The notes: generated from the sequence alone by a model not told the origin. DNA of 64,000 bases from Macrostomum lignano (GCA_002269645.1 NIVC01003694.1:18494-82493), one strand, 5' to 3'; counted from the first letter of the stretch, positions 1 through 19,660 are shown. Numbers and translations: made by a program.

Positions 1-6942
<6,942 letters not shown>

Positions 6943-7325
6943 CTTAGTATTCGAATAGTATCTGTCCCCGACAGACTGTGTGTGGCAGGCCATTTTCCCG
7001 AGTAGTTAATTACCAGCAAATAAAGATGAACCGTGTACCCTAATATTTTATTTGTAATATACTTGCAATGCTGTTGTATTTTTGCTTTGATATCAATATA
7101 GCTGGCGCACTTATTGCTGCTATAATAGTTTTACAACATTTACATAAAAGTTTTGCTGTGGCATATTTCTGCTTTTATGGCTTGTTGACTGCAGTATAAA
7201 CCACAGAATATTCTGTGGTATAAACGAAGGTTTGCTGCACAAGTCTTTTGCCTAACTAATTAAGTTTTATAATGCCGTTTGGGGTCTGTTAACTAGAGCA
7301 TGGTCAATCAGTCGGTGATCATATA

Positions 7326-8200
7326 CTCGGTTGGGGAGAAACTTCCCGCGGTTTCTAGAAACTTTCTGTCTAAGAACTTTCTGGAACATTCCAGAGCCCG
7401 GCTGTGTGGGTATATATTGAGGGTGGGTGTGTGTGATTCTAACATGCTATTTAAACCAGAGGTTACTCACTAGTCACCAGCATTATGGATCTCTCTCGGG
7501 CCTATATTCGTGGTCTCCTGCTCTACGACTTCAAATCTGGACTGTCAGCCGCAGAATCCAGCCACTGCATCAACGCTGCATTTTGTGCGGGTGCCGTGTC
7601 TGAACACACCGCCCAGGACTGGTTTGCGCGGTTTCGCCAGGGAAATTTTAACCTCGAAGATTTGCCCCGGTCAGGTCGTCCCTCCGAGGTTGATGACGAC
7701 CGGCTGCACACACTCGTAGAGGCTGACCCTCGGCAAACCACGCGTGAGTTAGCGCAAGTCCTTGATGTAGACCATAAAACGGTCACCAGTCATTTGCATC
7801 AGCTGGGCAAGGTGTACAAGCTGGCACAATGGGTACCCCACCAATTGTCAGATTGGGACAAGGAGCGCAGGGCAGAGGTGGCCACTTCTCTCCTCTCCTA
7901 CAGGCGCACGCACAACTGGCTGAAGTCCATCGTTACGGGCGATGAAAAGTGGTGCCTGTACGTCAACATCAAACTTTGAAGATTATGGGTTGATGTTGAC
8001 GCGACGCCTGAGCTGCAGCCAAAGGCCGGACTCCACCCACGCAAGGTCATGCTGTGCGTGTGGTGGGACTGCAAGGGCGTCATCTACTACGAACTGCTGC
8101 CACCCAACACATCGATTATGGCCAACCTATACTGCCAACAGCTGGACCGATTGGCCGCCGCCATCGCACAGAAGCGTCCGAACCACGGCCCGGTACGATT
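7326..8200 (+). mobile_element. Mariner (Tc1/mariner) transposon, 3'-truncated, with a nonsense mutation; transposase remnant 7485-~8200
   Basis: The ORF has a mariner HTH region, 'RSGRP', 'WVPHQL' and 'IVTGDEKW' (first catalytic D). After the in-frame TGA at 7977-7979 the same frame continues 'RLWVD...LHPRKVMLCVWWDCKGVIYYELL...YCQQLDRL' and breaks off before the HDNA motif. A left TIR-like sequence TA-CTCGGTTGGGGAGAAACTTCCCGCGGTTT lies at about 7324-7354. No right TIR was found. Confidence 0.92.
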
Positions 8201-8259
8201 CATACGACTCACTAGTTGGTAATACTGATGACTGTTGGTTATAATCCAGTTCCCTCTTT

Positions 8260-8735
8260 GATAATCTAGTTCACTCTATCACCATCTAGTTCACTCTGTG
8301 ACCATCTAGTTCACTATATGACCATCTAGTTTAGTCTGTGATCAGCTAGTTCACTCTATCATCATCTAGTTCACTCTGTAACCATCCAGTTCGCTCTGTG
8401 ACCATCTAGTTCACTCTGTGACCATCTAGTTAAGTCTGTGATAATCTAGTTGACTCTGTGATCATTTACTTCACTCTATGACCATCTAGTTCACTCTGTG
8501 ATCATCTAGTCCACTCTATGACCATCTAGTTCACTCTGTGATCATTTACTTCACTCTATGACCATCTAGTTCACTCTGTGATCATCTAGTCCACTCTATG
8601 ACCATCTAGTTCACTCTGTGATCATCTAGTCCACTCTATGACCATCTAGTTCACTCTGTGATCATCTATTCCACTCTATGACCATCTAGTTCACTCTGTG
8701 GTCATCTAATTCTCTTTATGATTATCTAGTTCACT
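8260..8735 (+). repeat. 20-bp minisatellite (ACCATCTAGTTCACTCTGTG)
   Basis: Directly visible; begins just after the mariner breakpoint. Confidence 0.95.
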
Positions 8736-9232
8736 GGATCGTCCCTTAGCTTTGTAATTTTATAGATCTGTTTTGTCATAGTCAGGATACCATAGTTACC
8801 CTACGCAACCATATTTTGCGTCAAAGAACAGTTCAGTGCATGGATCAAGTTCCCAATGATCGGTGAAAATATGCATGCAACTCGCATCATAGCATCATCA
8901 TATTTGGTTCACTTCAGTTCGACCGAACCTGGAACTCAAGCAGCTCGTATTGAATAAGCAAAAGCGGGGGAACAGAAGAGGGCGATGACGCACAACTGTC
9001 AATCATAAATATCTTTCTCGCTGGCTCATTTAGCAAATCAATGCCTCCGTTCGCTGCTCGAAACCGGTCTGAAAGTTGAGCTCGAAATTGAGCGACTGGG
9101 ATTTCTGACTCGCAGAAAATGCGATTTCTACAGAATTTCGTATTCAAGTCTACTCTGTAATGACAGCTCGAATACGTTAGACAGGAAAGTGTTAGACAGT
9201 ACATGTACTAGGAAGTTGTTAGACTCCTAAGA

Positions 9233-9330
9233 TGGTGTTTCAGCCTAACGGTCAGAGCGTCGGACGCCCGAATGAAAGGTCGGGGTTCGATTCCCCATTC
9301 CATTCGAAACAATATGTGTCCTTGAGCAAA
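9233..9330 (+). mobile_element. 3'-truncated tRNA-derived SINE (head plus start of CORE-like domain)
   Basis: B-box GGTTCGATTCC followed by 'TCGAAACAATATGTGTCCTTGAGCAA', nearly identical to 41790-41862. Confidence 0.75.
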
Positions 9331-9334
9331 AAGT

Positions 9335-10850
9335 GTTAGGAAGGTGTTAGACAGTATTAGGAAGGTGTTAGACAGTATTAGGAAGGTGTTAGACAGTATA
9401 GGAAGGAGTTAGACAGTATTTGGAAGGTGTTAGACAGTATTAGGAAGGTGTTAGACAGTATAGGAAGGAGTTAGACAGTATTTGGAAGGTGTTAGACAGT
9501 ATTTGGAAGATGTTAGACAGTATTAGGAAGGTGTTAGACAGTATAGGGAGTTAGACAGTATTTGGAAGGTGTTAGACAGTATTAGGAAGGTGTTAGACAG
9601 TATTAGGAAGGTGTTAGACAGTATTAGGAAGGTGTTAGACAGTATAGGAAGGAGTTAGACAGTATTTGGAAGGTGTTAGACAGTATTAGGAAGGCGTTAG
9701 ACAGTATAGGAAGGAGTTAGACAGTATTTGGAAGGTGTTAGACAGTATTTGGAAGGTGTTAGACAGTATTAGGAAGGTGTTAGACAGTATAGGGAGTTAG
9801 ACAGTATTTGGAAGGTGTTAGACAGTATTAGGAAGGTGTTAGACAGTATAGGGAGTTAGACAGTATTTGGAAGGTGTTAGACAGTATTTGGAAGGTGTTA
9901 GACAGTATTAGGAAGGTGTTAGACAGTATAGGGTGTTAGAAAGTATTTGGAAGGTGTTAGACAGTATTAGGAAGGTGTTAGACAGTATAGGGTGTTAGAC
10001 AGTATTTGGAAGGTGTTAGACAGTATTAGGAAGGTGTTAGACAGTATTAGGAAGGTGTTAGACAGTATTTGGAAGGTGTTAGACAGTATTAGGAAGGTGT
10101 TAGACAGTATAGGGTGTTAGACAGTATTTGGAAGGTGTTAGACAGTATTAGGAAGGTGTTAGACAGTATTAGGAAGGTGTTAGACAGTATTAGGAAGGTG
10201 TTAGACAGTATTAGGAAGGTGTCAGACAGTATTTGGAAGGTGTTAGACAGTATTAGGAAGGTGTTAGACAGTATAGGGAGTTAGACAGTATTTGGAAGGT
10301 GTTAGACAGTATTAGGAAGGTGTTAGACAGTATAGGGAGTTAGACAGTATTTGGAAGGTGTTAGACAGTATTTGGAAGGTGTTAGACAGTATTAGGAAGG
10401 TGTTAGACAGTATAGGGTGTTAGAAAGTATTTGGAAGGTGTTAGACAGTATTAGGAAGGTGTTAGACAGTATAGGGTGTTAGACAGTATTTGGAAGGTGT
10501 TAGACAGTATTAGGAAGGTGTTAGACAGTATTAGGAAGGTGTTAGACAGTATTTGGAAGGTGTTAGACAGTATTAGGAAGGTGTTAGACAGTATAGGGTG
10601 TTAGACAGTATTTGGAAGGTGTTAGACAGTATTAGGAAGGTGTTAGACAGTATTAGGAAGGTGTTAGACAGTATTAGGAAGGTGTTAGACAGTATTAGGA
10701 AGGTGTCAGACAGTATTTGGAAGGTGTTAGACAGTATTAGGAAAGTGTTAGACTATATTAGGAAGTGTTAGACAGTATTAAGGTGTTAGATAGTATTAGA
10801 AGTGTTATACACTTTTTGGAAGGCGTTAGACATTATTAGAAGAGTTTTAG
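9335..10850 (+). repeat. 21-bp minisatellite (GTGTTAGACAGTATTAGGAAG) with 18-bp variants
   Basis: Directly visible; same family as 4770-5455. Confidence 0.97.
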
Positions 10851-11289
10851 TCAGTACACGAAGGTAAGAAAAATGTAATCATTAGAGCCAAGGGACTGCA
10901 ACAGCACTTTTCCATAAATATGATACATAGAAAATTAAAGTGGCACTCTGGCGTACGTGAGTGAAATTACTTTTATTTCGGATTTGGGCTGTATACTTTA
11001 TATTGGATTGCAAGACAAATAAATACGATCGATCGCGTCTAATCCATTAACGCATTCAGATTATCAACCTCATATTGCTAAAGTTGCGGTACGTTTACGA
11101 CTTCTGCAAGAAAGATTTGCTGGTTGCCTCTGTTCTTGTCTATAGTCCGAGTGTGACCATTATCACACTTATGATTCGTAAGCACTCATTTGCGCGTGTC
11201 GGCGGTGCCAGCTGTCGGCCTCAAAATGTATACAGCTCTATTCTGTACAACTCCTGACTGTCTTCTGGGCTGGACTGGGTTGTTCTTCG

Positions 11290-11745
11290 TCTCCCCTCTC
11301 ATTTCCTCTCCCCTCTCTACTCTCTACTCTTCCCCTCTCCCCCTCTCTCCTCTCCTTTCCCCTCTACTCTCCCCCTCTCTCCTCTCTACTCTTTCCTCTC
11401 CCCCTCTCTTCTCTCCTTTCCCCTCTACTCTCCCACTGTCTCCTCTCTACTTTTCCCCTCTCCTTTCCCCTCTACTCTCCCCCTCTCTCCTCTCTACTCT
11501 CCTTTCCCCTCTACTCTACCCCTCTACTCTTCCCCTCTCTTCTCTCCTCTCCCCCTCTCTCTCCTCATCTCTCCCTTTTCCCCTCTCTCAAGTCTCCTCT
11601 CTTGATCTCTGTCCTCCATTCTCCTCCCTTGTCTCCTTTTTTCTAATTCATTTCACTTCTTCTATCTATTCCCGCCCTCCTTTCTCGCTACTCTCCTCTA
11701 TTCTATTTTTCTCATCATCCCCTCTCGCCCGCTCTCATCTCTCTA
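11290..11745 (+). repeat. Polypyrimidine (CT-rich) low-complexity tract
   Basis: Almost pure C/T sequence. Confidence 0.95.
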
Positions 11746-12182
11746 ACGGTAAGCAGCAGTGCGCAGCGAGAATCCGCAGTCAGTCATAAAAGTTACAGCC
11801 GCAGCAGAAACAGCTGGTTCCAGTTTTGGACTTCTTTTTGTGATTTTTTCCTTCTGTGGCCGGCTTTTTCCTGCCGTAGAGGCAATAGAGAAAAAAATAG
11901 AAATCCAACCCGGTCCATATTTCTGTCGCTTTCATTAATTTTGTCTTTTTTCTTCAATCGGCCCATTTGGATACGAGAATCGCTGGGCTGTTTCTGTGAC
12001 GTGTTCTACGAGTAGTTTGCGCTGAGAGCGAACGGTCTAAGATTTCCAAAAGAATGCCCATGGCATAGCAACTGTGCCAGACACCTGCACTTGCTGAATA
12101 CTGGCGTACTCGTATAAGCAGAGGTGGACCGTAAAAATGTACGAGTATTATAGAATCCCAGCGATTATTCAACACTGAGTTT

Positions 12183-12305
12183 AGGGGAGAGGAAGAGAAA
12201 AGTGGAGTGAGGGGGAGAAGAGGGAGAGATAGGAGAAGGGAGAAAAGTGGGGGGGGAGAAGGGAGCAGGGTAGTGAGAGGGAGAGGGGAGAGGAGATAAG
12301 GGAAG
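12183..12305 (+). repeat. Polypurine (GA-rich) tract
   Basis: Almost pure G/A sequence. Confidence 0.85.
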
Positions 12306-12831
12306 GAGTCATGAGACTCTATAGTAGTCGTCTCTACTAGTCGTCTCTAGTAGGAGTCTCTATAGTAGTCGTAGTGGACCATATCGTAGGTTTGGTAGTT
12401 TTCAAATATTTAGGTTTTGAACGCAGTTCGTCCCCTTGCCATCCGTCTATCTTGGTTTAGGTAGCAATATAGCTCGTATTTGTGTATAACTATTGCCAAT
12501 CCTCTTTGCTTACTTGGCAGGCAAAGTTCAAGTGGTTGCACGAAATGCCTTTCCATCCTTTCATTGGCACCGATTTGTCAATGCCGATCTGGCGCGGTGG
12601 ACACTGGCTGCCTGCGCTGGTCATTTATCAGTGCCGCTGTAGCAAAAAAGTGCTTTTTTTGAAAAATTGAAACAAACAATAGTTCCCCGTCTAACCGAAG
12701 TTGAAGGTAAAACTCGAACACGATACATTCGCGTTGTCCGATTATTGATGCGTTTCCAGGAAACACACATTACTGGCATGATGGCACAGTATGTCATCGT
12801 AGCTATGGATTTATCCCTTTAACAGAGGACC

Positions 12832-13030
12832 CAACTAACTAAGTAACTAACTGACTAACTAAATGACTAACTAACTAACTAGCCAACTAACTATCTAACT
12901 AACTAACTAACTAACTACCTAACTGACTAACTAACTAACTAACTAACTAACTATCTAACTAACTAACTAACTATCTAACTAACTAACTAACTAACTAACT
13001 AACTGACTAACTAGCTAACTAACTATCTAA
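12832..13030 (+). repeat. (TAAC)n microsatellite
   Basis: Directly visible. Confidence 0.97.
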
Positions 13031-13404
13031 CGCACAGATGATAGTGAGGAAAGGACATCCAGGGAACGGAAAGAGAGCTGTTAACAGAAGAGGAAATTAG
13101 ATGGAAGAAAGATGGTAGTGTGAATTTCGAAGCGAGCAAGTCAACTGAGAAATAATAATTTAATCGTATCTCCGGAAATAAGATTCCCTTCGAGAAAATT
13201 TGCAAGGGTCACTATTCAAGGCCGTATGTAATTATCAATCCAAGTTGATGCAGGCTCCTTCTAGGAAAGCAAAACAAAAAGCTCCCAATCATTTGCATCT
13301 CGGTGATTACCAACTCTGTTTGACTGTGAATCCACTCTGTCTGTGAACTAAACTGCCAATTCTGTCTGTGAACTAAACTGCCAATTCTGTCTGTGAATCG
13401 ATCG

Positions 13405-15170
13405 ACACTGTGAATCAATCTAAACTATTAATCAATCTACACTGTAAATCAATCTAAACTATGAATCAATCTACACTGTGAATCAATCTAGACTGTGATT
13501 CAATCGAGACTGTGAATCAATCTACACTGTGAATCAATCTAGACTGTGATTCAATCGAGACTGTGAATCAATCTACACTGTGAATCAATCTAAACTGTGA
13601 ATCAATCTAGACTGTGAATCAATCTAAACTGTGAATCAATCTCGAGACTGTGAATCAATCTAGACTGTGAATCAATCTACACAGTGAATCAATCCCGAGA
13701 CTGTGAATCAATCTACACTGTGAATCAATCTGTAGACACTGTGAATCAATCTACACTGTGAATCAATCTAGACTGTGAATCAATCTAAACTGTGAATCAA
13801 TCTAGACAGTGAATCAATCTATACAGTGAATCAATCTCGAGACTGTGAATCAATCTAGACTGTGAATCAATCTAAACTGTGAATCAATCTCGAGACTGTG
13901 AATCAATCTAGACTGTGAATCAATCTAGACTATGAATCAATCTACACAGTGAATCAATCCCGAGACTGTGAATCAATCTACACTGTGAATCAATCTGTAG
14001 ACACTGTGAATCAATCTACACTGTGAATCAATCTAGACTGTGAATCAATCTAAACTGTGAATCAATCTAGACAGTGAATCAATCTATACAGTGAATCAAT
14101 CTCGAGACTGTGAATCAATCTAGACTGTGAATCAATCTACACTATGAATCAATCTAGACCGTGAATCAATCTAGACTGTGAATCAATCTACACTGTGAAT
14201 CAATCTAGACTGTGAATCAATCTAAACTGTGATTCAATCTAGACTGTGAATCAATCTACACTGTGAATCAATCTAGACTGTGAATCAATCTAAACTGTGA
14301 ATCAATCTAAACTGTGAATCAATCTAGACTGTGAATCAATCTAAACTGTGAATCAATCTAGACTGCGAATCAATCTAGACTGTGAATCAATCTAGACTGT
14401 GAATCAATCTAGACAGTGAATCAATCTAGACTGTGAATCAATCTACACTGTGAATCAATCTAGACTGTGAATCGATCTAAACTGTGAATCAATCTAGACT
14501 GTAAATCAATCTAGACTGAATCAATCTAAACTGTGAATCAATCTAGACTGTGAATCAATCTAGACTGAATCAATCTAAACTGAGAATCAATCTAGACTAT
14601 GAATCAATCTCGAGACTGTGAATCAATCTAGACTGTGAATCAATCTAGACTGAATCAATCTAAACTGAGAATCAATCTAGACTATGAATCAATCTCGAGA
14701 CTGTGAATCAATCTAGACTGTGAATCAATCTAGACTGTGAATTAATCTACAATGTGAATCAATCTACACTGTGAATCAATCTACACTGTGAATCAATCTA
14801 CACTGTGAATCAATCTAGACTGTGAATCAATCTACAATGTGAATCAATCTACACTGTGAATCAATCTAGACTGAATCAATCTAGACTGTGAATCAATCTA
14901 GACCGTGAATAAATCTAGACTGTGAATCAATCAAGACTGTGAATCAATCTAGACTGTGAATCAATCTACACTGCGAATCAATCTAGACTGCGAATCAATC
15001 TAGACTGTGAATCAATCTAGACTGCTAATCAATCTAGACTGTGAATCAATCTAGACTGCTAATCAATCTAGACTGTGAATCAATCTAGACTGCTAATCAA
15101 TCTAGACTGTGAATCAATCTAGACTGCTAATCAATCTAGACTGTGAATCAATCTAGACTGCTAATCAATC
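13405..15170 (+). repeat. 17-bp minisatellite (CTGTGAATCAATCTAGA)
   Basis: Roughly 100 directly visible units. Confidence 0.97.
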
Positions 15171-16074
15171 GCCAAGTCTGTTTGTAAAATCAGTCCCTAA
15201 GTCTTTCTTGACACAGATAATTAGCAAGCATGTTAGCTTACATGTAATTTAAGTTGAAAGCTAGAAAACTTCATACAATAGGTTACTAATTAGCTAAACC
15301 TGAAGCTACGGTGCTTATGATTAGCAGATAAAAGGGAGGCACAAAAGAATGCAAGCGCGTGATTAACCATCGCATCGACTAATTAATGATGGCATAAGCG
15401 TAGGGCAAAAGCGAATGCTCCGGATTAACATAGTTTACTTGTACTTCACGTTACCTACGCAAATACTTTGATGATTTTTTCTAGTCTTAGCGCATCAAGG
15501 TATTAATGCAGAAATACAGATAAATGAGACGTGATCAGACACTCAAGGGGATTACTGAGACTGGCGGATTAAAGATTGAGACAAAATCGTATGTAAGCGT
15601 TAATTTGTGAGCTTATGCTCAAATATTTAAGATTACATAGAAGATTAACAGATAACACTTACTGGCACAATGTCAGTTCAAATAGAATAATTAATGTATA
15701 GCATTTTTCATCTTGTTTAAGAATCGGAGAATTTAATTTAAGACACGGCCAACCATACTCAACCCATCGATCTTATATATACATAAATGCTATAGTGTGG
15801 GAATCGGAACTATATTAAACCTATGTCCTCAATCACGGGGGATAAAGGGGCAGGTGCTCAAAAAGATGCCTACAACTAATTAAATTCGAACCGACTAGCA
15901 GCAAAGCTCAGCTGACTGATACGGGTGCCAACTTCTGAGGCCTCCTAAAATTCGCATACACAAATTTATCCTATCTAAACAGATATTACAGGTAAATAAA
16001 AATACGGTTTCCATGAAGCGAAGCTTAGGGGAACCTGAGCCAGAAACAGGAAATAAAAGAAAACCTTATTGACC

Positions 16075-16740
16075 TACTGGGGAATCCCAGTGGAATCTCT
16101 ATGGTATCTAAGGGGAATCCCGGTGGCATCTAAGGGGAATCCCGGTAGTTTCCAAGGGGAATCTCGATGGTATCTAAGGGGAATCCCGGTGGCAGCTAAG
16201 GGGAATCCCGGTAGTTTCCAAGGGGAATCTCGATGGTATCTAAGGGGAATCCCGGTGGCATCTAAGGGTAATCCCAGTGGTATCTAAGGGGAATCCCGGT
16301 AGTTTCAAAGAAAAATCCCAGTGGTATCTAAGGGGAATCCCGGTAGTTTCAAAGAAAATTCCCTGTGGTATCTAAGGGGAATCCCGGTAGTTTCAAAGAA
16401 AAATCCCAGTGGTATCTAAGGGGAATCCCGGTAGTTTCAAAGAAAAATCCCAGTGGTATCTAAGGGGAATCCCGGTAGTTTCAAAGAAAATTCCCTGTGG
16501 TATCTAAGGGGAATCCCGGTAGTTTCAAAGAAAAATCCCAGTGGTATCTAAGGGGAATCCCGGTAGTTTCAAAGAAAATTCCCTGTGGTATCTAAGGGGA
16601 ATCCCGGTAGTTTCAAAGAAAAATCCCAGTGGTATCTAAGGGGAATCCCGGTAGTTTCAAAGAAAAATCCCAGTGGTATCTAAGGGGAATCCCGGTAGTT
16701 TCAAATAAAAATCCCAGTGGTATCTAAGGGGAACCCCTGG
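16075..16740 (+). repeat. 44-bp (2x22) minisatellite, GTATCTAAGGGGAAT family
   Basis: Unit GTGGTATCTAAGGGGAATCCCGGTAGTTTCAAAGAAAAATCCCA. Confidence 0.95.
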
Positions 16741-16989
16741 ACCACAGCAGCTCGCCGGTAAGTGCATCCGACTTTCGCACCATGTGCGACCCGCATTCAT
16801 TTGAGGCTTGTGCACGAAAATTTGCCGGTAGGTAGTCTAGCGATTTACACTCAGGAGCACCAAAGTCACAGATAGTGTACATACCGGACTATTAGAAAGT
16901 CAGGGCCGCTGTACACCCTCGTGTGAGCGTGTGTAAGAGTGCGTAACTGCGCATAGTATTGGCGCGCTTGCATGTGCTCAGGAAAGCTC

Positions 16990-17245
16990 AATTTTATTTC
17001 TGTAGGTCCAAGAATCGCTGCGTAGACATCTTTTTTAACTGCAGAAGAGGCCGCAGTAGCCTTTGATGAGGCAGTGTAGGGGTATTTGCTCCTGAGTGGC
17101 GCAGCTGCTTGGATGCTTGGTTTGAGAGAATAAGGCGCTGCATAGAGGCTGTTGGAGAGCACTATGAGAAGCTCTCAAAATTTTATCTTCACAGCTGCTT
17201 CTGCTCGAGGGAGGCTAAAACTTTCATTTGAAGGAGATTTCCCGT
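16990..17245 (+). mobile_element. Degraded mariner transposase C-terminal remnant (second, different element)
   Basis: Plus-strand frames give 'QESLRRHLF', 'TAEEAAVAFDEAV' and 'PEWRSCLDAWFERIRRCIEAVGEHYEKL', which match the mariner C-terminal pattern W..CF..W..R...C....GEYFEK. Stops and frameshifts are present. Confidence 0.6.
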
Positions 17246-17264
17246 AATAATACCGCCAGAAATC

Positions 17265-17655
17265 CCGACCGAATCTAAGGGGAATCCCATTCGTATCTAA
17301 GGGGAATCCCGATCGTATCTAAGGGGAATCTCGATCGTGTGAGGGGATTAAAAAATCGAATCTAAGGGGAATCTCATTCGTATCTGAGGGAATCCCGGCC
17401 GTATCTAAGGGAAATCCCGGTTGTATCTGAAGGGGATTCCAGCCGTATCTAAGGGAAATCCCGGTCGTATCCGAAGGGGATTCCAGCCGTATCTAAGGGA
17501 AATCCCGATCGTATCTAGGGGAATCTCGATCGTATCTAAGGGGACTCTTGATCGTATCTGAGGGGATTCCAACCGTATCTAAGGGAAATCCCGGTCGTAT
17601 CTGAGGGGATTCCAGCCGTATCTAAGGTGAATCCCGATCGTATCCGAGGGGAATT
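17265..17655 (+). repeat. ~22-bp minisatellite, GTATCTAAGGGGAAT family
   Basis: Directly visible degenerate units. Confidence 0.9.
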
Positions 17656-18274
17656 GCAAGTCACATGCGAGAAGAATCATTATACTACGTACAGTGGTAC
17701 ATATTAAAGGACTCGCGAATATTTTTCACGATTCAAATTAGGATCTTAAAAGTTTTTTAATAAAATCAATAAGCAAAACAAGACAAGAGGATACAATTTT
17801 TACAAATTGTGCCAATAAAAAGCTGCTCGATTCGCTTATCAAACTACTTGGGGAAACGCACACTGAAATATGGAATAATATTAATTTATTTGTAGGCAGT
17901 TATCATTCAATTGTTTTTAGACAGCTTGCTCGTAACACGGAACATTGAAATATTAAATTTAACTTTAAGCAAAAAAAGGAATTACGAGCTAATAAAAAGC
18001 CAAATATAACAAACGTGTTTGCCCAAGTCGAAAAAGAAAAGAAGGCAACGGGATAGCTGTGTAAGGGAATATTGGTAACTTTCATTCCACTTGATAATTA
18101 CGCGTATTTGAATACAAGTAGGTTGCCACGGTTACACCGACATCTGTTCAATGAACATTTTTTATTGGACTGAAAATTCAATACAATTTCCGTTTCGTTA
18201 ATATCTAGCTTCTAAAACTTAGGTAACAAATTCTAGGAACAAAAACCTTAATAGTTAATATCTATAAACCTTAA

Positions 18275-18390
18275 TATCTATCTATCTATCTATCATCTAT
18301 CAATCTATTTATATCTATTTATCTATCTTCTATCTATCTATCTGTTTATCAATCAATCAATAAATCAATCTATCTATCTATCTATCTAGA
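18275..18390 (+). repeat. (TCTA)n microsatellite
   Basis: Directly visible, imperfect. Confidence 0.85.
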
Positions 18391-18539
18391 ACCATAGAAC
18401 AGTGTTCAATAAAAGACAGAAACAAACTTAAGAAAGACCCAAGAGGCTTCCTAGTATTATAAACGGACTTTGCAAAAACGAAGAACGCTTTTTTAAATAA
18501 TTATTTAGTTACTGACGAACAGTTCGCAGCAAGCAAAGT

Positions 18540-18884
18540 TTAATTCATGGCGGCTTCCCCGACGCCGACCTGTTCCAGAGCTTCCTTGAGTACCTCAGCA
18601 TCCTGATCCAGGTCCCCAGCAGCCCTGTACTCAGCGACAAGACTGCGCAACTCTTCCAACGCTTTCGACAGTCGATTGCGCGTATCCGGCACCATTTGAC
18701 GCGACTCTTCTAAGCATTCTTTCTGCTTTTTAATAACGTACTCGTCAGCTTTGCTAGCCTCCATATCCTGAACTTTTTTAGCTAACTGGTCCGCTTCTTT
18801 CTCGTAGCTGGCTTTCTCTTTGGAAATTCGTTTCACTACGCCTGTTTGCACTTTTAGTTTCTTCACTCTGGGATCGGCGGACAT
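18540..18884 (-). CDS. TBCA: Tubulin-specific chaperone A (tubulin folding cofactor A), intronless CDS, 114 aa
   Basis: Family motifs 'LKVQTGVVKRISKEKASYEKEA', 'DEYVIKKQKECLEESRQMVPD...RL..A.EEL'. Complete ATG-to-TAA ORF. Confidence 0.95.
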   Translation of the reverse strand: MSADPRVKKLKVQTGVVKRISKEKASYEKEADQLAKKVQDMEASKADEYVIKKQKECLEESRQMVPDTRNRLSKALEELRSLVAEYRAAGDLDQDAEVLKEALEQVGVGEAAMN

Positions 18885-19059
18885 TCTTTAATTATTATAA
18901 TTAATAATATTAATATGACTGATAGACGATTAGCACATGCAATTGTGAGATCATTGAGAATAAATAAACTTAATGCGTCTATCTATTTTACTTTTTATCC
19001 TTATTATTCTATAACAATCTAATTCTCAAACTTTTTACTTTTAACGTATTCATAACCAA

Positions 19060-19660
19060 TGGGAATCCCATTCATACCCGAGGGGAATTCCAGCCGTATT
19101 TTTCAGGAATCTAAGATGAAGCTTATGGAAATTCCAGCCGTATCTTTCAGGAATCCTAGCCGTATCCAAGGGAATCCAATTCGTATCTAAGGGGAATTCC
19201 AGCTGTAGCTTACAGGAATCCTAGCCGTATCCAAGGGAATCCAATTCGTATCTAAGGGGAATTCCAGCTGTAGCTTACAGGAACTCTAGCCGTATCCAAG
19301 GGGAATCCAATTCGTATCTAATGGGAATTCCAGCTGTAGCTTACAGGAATTCTAGCCGTATCCTAGGGGAATCCAATTCGTATCTAAGGGGAATTCCAGC
19401 TGTAGCTTACAGGAATTCTAGCCGTATCCAAGGGGAATCCAATTCGTAACTAATGGGAATTCCAGCTGTAGCTTACAGGAATTCTAGCCGTATCCAAGGG
19501 GAATCCAAATCGTAACTAATGGGAATTCCAGCTGTAGCTTACAGGAATTCTAGCCGTATCCAAGAGAATCCAATTCGTATCTAATGGGAATTCCAGCTGT
19601 AGCTTACAGGAATTCTAGCCGTATCCAAGGGGAATCCAATTCGTATCTAAGGGGAATCGT
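19060..19660 (+). repeat. ~66-bp (3x22) minisatellite, GTATCTAAGGGGAAT family
   Basis: Directly visible higher-order unit. Confidence 0.92.

Noticed and set aside
7977-7979. Programmed readthrough or selenocysteine at the mariner TGA
   Set aside because: The element is also truncated before its catalytic residues, so a simple nonsense mutation (possibly CGA>TGA) is sufficient.
7485-8200. Domesticated SETMAR-like fusion gene
   Set aside because: No SET-domain exons nearby; the TIR is retained and the ORF is disrupted.
16866-17162. 98-aa minus-strand ORF as a gene
   Set aside because: It is the antisense shadow of the degraded mariner C-terminus on the plus strand.
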